From Planctomycetota bacterium (GTDB lineage Bacteria > Planctomycetota > PLA2 > JAEUHO01): a stretch of 64,000 nucleotides of DNA. How positions within the stretch are numbered: position 1 is the stretch's first letter; each line of letters starts with the position of its first letter. Shown piece after piece: positions 60,564-64,000 of this stretch. The DNA lies in NCBI GenBank assembly GCA_050248855.1, contig JBFWRP010000017.1, forward strand, positions 26,025 to 90,024, read 5' to 3'. The translations under genes were made by a program, and so were the position numbers. The notes under the pieces are model-generated. The model was not told where the DNA came from. It saw only the letters and a list, made by a program, of their open reading frames with translations, and did not search any database.

Positions 60564-61615
60564 GCGATCCACATCGCGTCGCCATACGAGAAGAAGCGGT
60601 AGCGCCGGGCAACCGCCTCGCGGTACGCCGCGAGCACGGCCTCGCGCCCCGCGAACGCCGCCACGAGCGCGAGCAGCGTCGAGCGCGGCAGGTGGAAGTT
60701 GGTGAGCAGCGCGTCGACCGCCCGGAAGCGGTACCCCGGCTGGATCAGCAGACCCGTGTGGCCGCGGCCCGCGCGCGGGAGCCCGTCCGGCGTCTCCGCC
60801 GCGGCAGCCTCCAGCGTGCGCACGCTCGTGGTGCCCACGGCCACGACGCGTCCGCCGCGCGCGCGGGCGGCGCGCACGGCCTCGGCCGTGGCCGCCGGCA
60901 CGTCGTAGTGCTCGCGGTGCATGACGTGGTCGTCGAGATCGTCCACGCGCACGGGCTCGAAGGTGCCCAGGCCCACGTGCAGGGTGACCGGCGCCACCAC
61001 GACGCCGCGCGCGCGGATCGCCTCCAGCAACGCCTGCGTCAGGTGCAGGCCCGCCGTGGGTGCGGCGGCGGCGCCCTCGTGGGCCGCGTAGACGGTCTGG
61101 TAGCGCTCGCGGTCCAGCGCCTGGTCGGACCCGTCCTCGCGACGGATGTACGGAGGCAGCGGCATGCGTCCGTGCGTGTCGAGCAGCTCCCCCATCGTGC
61201 CGCCAAGCGCCTCGAGCGCGTGCCGGCCCTCGCCCCGCGCGCCGAGCAGGCGCAGGCGCGGCGCACCTCCGACGCTCAGCTCCTCGCCCGTGCGGAGCGT
61301 CCCGCCCGCCTTGACCTGGGCAAGCCACGCGGGGCCACCCCCGGGAGCGGGCTCGGCAAGCGCCTCGAGCACGAGCAGCTCGACGCGGCCGCCCGTGGCG
61401 CGCCACGCCGTCAGGCGGCAGGGCCTCACGCGCGTGTCGTTGACCACGAGGACGTCGCCGGGCTGCAGGTGCCCCACAAGGTCGGGAATCGACCCGTGCC
61501 GGACCGCGCCCGAGCGCCGATCGAGCGCCAGGAGGCGGGCCAGCTCACGCTGTGGCGACGGGGCCTGCGCAATCTGCTCCGGCGGCAGGTCGTAGTCCAG
61601 GAGGTCCAGGCGCAC
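60560..61615 (-). CDS. queA: S-adenosylmethionine:tRNA ribosyltransferase-isomerase
   Basis: DYDLPPEQIAQ, NDTRV, PLPPYI, YQTVYA, AAPTAGLH, TLHVGLGTF, AVGTTSVRTLE, TNFHLP, FFSYGDAM. Confidence 0.97.
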   Translation of the reverse strand: MRLDLLDYDLPPEQIAQAPSPQRELARLLALDRRSGAVRHGSIPDLVGHLQPGDVLVVNDTRVRPCRLTAWRATGGRVELLVLEALAEPAPGGGPAWLAQVKAGGTLRTGEELSVGGAPRLRLLGARGEGRHALEALGGTMGELLDTHGRMPLPPYIRREDGSDQALDRERYQTVYAAHEGAAAAPTAGLHLTQALLEAIRARGVVVAPVTLHVGLGTFEPVRVDDLDDHVMHREHYDVPAATAEAVRAARARGGRVVAVGTTSVRTLEAAAAETPDGLPRAGRGHTGLLIQPGYRFRAVDALLTNFHLPRSTLLALVAAFAGREAVLAAYREAVARRYRFFSYGDAMWIA

Positions 61616-61661
61616 GGTGGGCGGACGCTACCACGGGGCCGCTCCTACAATGCGCGCCCCC

Positions 61662-63710
61662 ATGGGTCGTCGCCTTCGCCTGCTGTCGGTCGTGCTTCTC
61701 CTCGTAGGCGCTGCCGTGGCGTCGGCCGACGTGCTCGTTCCCAGGCGCGGCAAACGGGCCGAGGGCACGATCGTCAAGCAGGACGCGACCGAGGTCGTGC
61801 TCAACATCTACTTCTCGCCCAACCCGGGCGTGACCAACCCCGAGCACCTGCTGCGCGTGCCCGCCGCGGACGTGAAGGAGGTCACCGTCGCGGGTCCGCC
61901 CGAGGTGGACTTCCACAAGCGGCTCGATGCCGCCGACCGCACCAACGCCGATGCCCTGGCCGAGATCGCGCGCTTCGCCGAGGACCACAAGCTGAAGGCC
62001 GAAGCCGAGATGGCCTGGGCCTTGGTGCTGGCCGTGGACCCCACGGGCAAGGACGCTCTCAAGGGCGTAGGCGGCGCTGCGACGTGGAAGAAGCTGTCCA
62101 CCGAACAGCTCGAGCTCAACAGCGCCGCCCGCGATGCGCTCAAGGCCTACGTCGAGGAGACGGACGTCGCCAAGCTCGAGGAGCGCGCCCAGGCCCTCGC
62201 GAAGACCGGCTGGGTGCGAAAGCCCGAGGAGCTCGAGCGTCGTCGCCGCAGTCATGCTGAGATCCGCGGCCTCGTGGAGGACCTGCCGGTCGCGTGGAAC
62301 GCCAGCGAGCACGACAGCGCGGTCGCGACGTGGTACGTGCCGCGCGGCTACACGCCGACGCGCTCGTGGCCGCTGATCGTGGGCTTGCATGGCGGAGGCC
62401 CTGGCGGTCTGGCCCACGACGAGGTCGTTGGCAGCGGCCCCAGCGCGATGAACTTCTACCGGGATCTGGCCGAGCAGCGCGGGTTCCTGGTGGTCTGCCC
62501 GACGGCGCTGATGGCGAGCTGGGGACAGCCCGCCAACGAGCAGCTCGTGCGCGACGTCATCCAAGAGGCGTTGCATCGCTTCGCGATCGACCCGGACCGC
62601 GTGTACCTGACCGGCCACTCGATGGGCGGCTTCGGCACGTGGTCGCTGGCGCCGCGCCTTGCGGAAGAGCTGGCCGCGGTCTCCCCCATGGCCGGTGCGG
62701 GTGGGGGCGCCGTGCCGACACTCGTCAAGACGCGCACGCCGATCTTCATCTTCCACAGCGCGGACGACTTCATCGACGTCAGCAGCGATCGCGCGGCCGC
62801 CAAGCAGCTGAAGGAGAGTGACCTCGACTTCGTCTACACGGAGCTGCCCGACCAGGGCCACGGCTTCCCCGAGTCGATCCGCAAGGACCTGTTCGACTTC
62901 TTCGCACCACGGCGGCTCTACGAGAAGAAGCGCAAGAGCGCGTGGCCGCGCTGTTCGCTGGATGGCAAGCCGAGCAAGGACGAAGCACGCTGGCTGGGCG
63001 ATCCGCTGGAAGCCGTCTCGGCCGCCGAGCCCGCGGTCGATGACCTCGTAGAGCGGCTCGCCCTGGGCGGCGGCTGTGCGCGCTGCGCGGCCGACGTGCT
63101 GATCGCGAGGAAGCCCGAGGGCGCGGCCGCCGCGCTGGCCAAGCTGGTGAAGGCCGGCAAGGCGCCGCCCTCGGCGCGTGCCGAAGCGGCGCGCGTCTTG
63201 GGGGCGACGGGCGATCCCGGCACCGCAACCCCCGCGCTCGAGCGCGCCCTGGCCCTCGAAGCGTCTCGCGCCGAAAGCGTCGTCGTCGTCGCCGCGGCGA
63301 AGGCGGCTGCCGCGCTGGAGGCCAAGGACGTGCTCGACAAGATCGAGTCCGCGCTCCAGCGCTGGAGCGAGTTCCATCGCGGCAAGGTCTCGGGCGGCAC
63401 CATGGACTTTGCCGACTGGGAACGCTCGCTCGGCGTGCTCGTGCCCTTGGTGACGACGTGGGGCGCACTCGCGGAGGCGGGACGCACGCCCTCGCCGCTC
63501 TGCAAGCACGTGGTGGACGGCGTGCTGGCCCTGGCCCACGACGTCCGCACGTCCGACCGCGTGCCGCAGGACCCGAGCGTGCTGCGCGTCGCGCTCGCCA
63601 AGGCGCTGGCGGCCGCCTACGCCAAGGTGGGCGCGACCGACGACGTGAAGGCGCGCCTCGTCGAGGTGCTCGCGGCCGACCCCAAGGCCCAGGCCGCGGC
63701 GCAGAGCTGA
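61662..63710 (+). CDS. Exported alpha/beta hydrolase (esterase/peptidase-like) with C-terminal HEAT-like helices
   Basis: Signal peptide; LHGGG oxyanion loop, GHSMGG nucleophile elbow, HSADD, GHGF. Confidence 0.8.
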   Translation: MGRRLRLLSVVLLLVGAAVASADVLVPRRGKRAEGTIVKQDATEVVLNIYFSPNPGVTNPEHLLRVPAADVKEVTVAGPPEVDFHKRLDAADRTNADALAEIARFAEDHKLKAEAEMAWALVLAVDPTGKDALKGVGGAATWKKLSTEQLELNSAARDALKAYVEETDVAKLEERAQALAKTGWVRKPEELERRRRSHAEIRGLVEDLPVAWNASEHDSAVATWYVPRGYTPTRSWPLIVGLHGGGPGGLAHDEVVGSGPSAMNFYRDLAEQRGFLVVCPTALMASWGQPANEQLVRDVIQEALHRFAIDPDRVYLTGHSMGGFGTWSLAPRLAEELAAVSPMAGAGGGAVPTLVKTRTPIFIFHSADDFIDVSSDRAAAKQLKESDLDFVYTELPDQGHGFPESIRKDLFDFFAPRRLYEKKRKSAWPRCSLDGKPSKDEARWLGDPLEAVSAAEPAVDDLVERLALGGGCARCAADVLIARKPEGAAAALAKLVKAGKAPPSARAEAARVLGATGDPGTATPALERALALEASRAESVVVVAAAKAAAALEAKDVLDKIESALQRWSEFHRGKVSGGTMDFADWERSLGVLVPLVTTWGALAEAGRTPSPLCKHVVDGVLALAHDVRTSDRVPQDPSVLRVALAKALAAAYAKVGATDDVKARLVEVLAADPKAQAAAQS

Positions 63711-64000
63711 GCGCGAAGGGCGCAAAACGACAGCGCCCGCCCGGAACCTGGGAGGTCTCCGGACGGGCGTGAGGGGAAAGGCCCCGCGGGACTCCGGCGA
63801 CCCCCGACCTTCGGGGGTCTCCCGCGGGGCGGGTTTCCAACCTCTCCAAGTGCAGTCCGCGGACGGAACCGACATCCCCCCTCCAGATTCTTGGCAGATG
63901 CTTCCAAACGCTTGATTTCAGGGCTCTGAGGACTGTCCCCCCTCGTTTGCATGATGTTCGCATCGCCCGCGCCTGACCGCGGCGGGGCGGGAGCAAGGAC

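Noticed and set aside
63711..64000. Hairpins and AT-richer promoter-like sequence at the window end
   Set aside because: Downstream gene is outside the window; no function can be assigned

Overview
Very GC-rich bacterial chromosomal segment. The gene repertoire suggests Planctomycetota (inference only). It is mostly housekeeping genes: folP-cdaA-(cdaR-like), glmM, tsaB-alr-AsmA-like, manC-ruvX, rpsO-pnp, hydantoinase/oxoprolinase A/B, plsY-gpsA, tRNA-Pro(GGG), bcp, corA, efpL, a two-component system, queA-queG. No intact mobile element or CRISPR array is visible. Two signals stand out. (1) A ~1.2 kb apparently non-coding, minus-strand element (~33369-34601) is packed with GNRA/UUCG/CUNG-capped hairpins, long-range helices and two recurring sequence motifs. 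It is preceded by a GG-N10-GC sigma54 promoter with enhancer-like palindromes, lies directly downstream of a sigma54 activator gene, and ends in a perfect 14-bp hairpin. It is a candidate large structured ncRNA, followed by three tandem ~650-aa paralogs. (2) A GT2 glycosyltransferase is translationally coupled to queA-queG and carries motifs resembling the animal queuosine galactosyltransferase QTGAL/B3GNTL1, so it is a candidate bacterial queuosine-glycosylation system. Also notable: a kinase/pseudokinase operon, a probably non-cleavable XRE-S24 repressor, an orphan secretin next to a mini-Skp, and a lipoprotein heme peroxidase module. Start codons were chosen by eye. All calls rest on motif recognition, not database searches.
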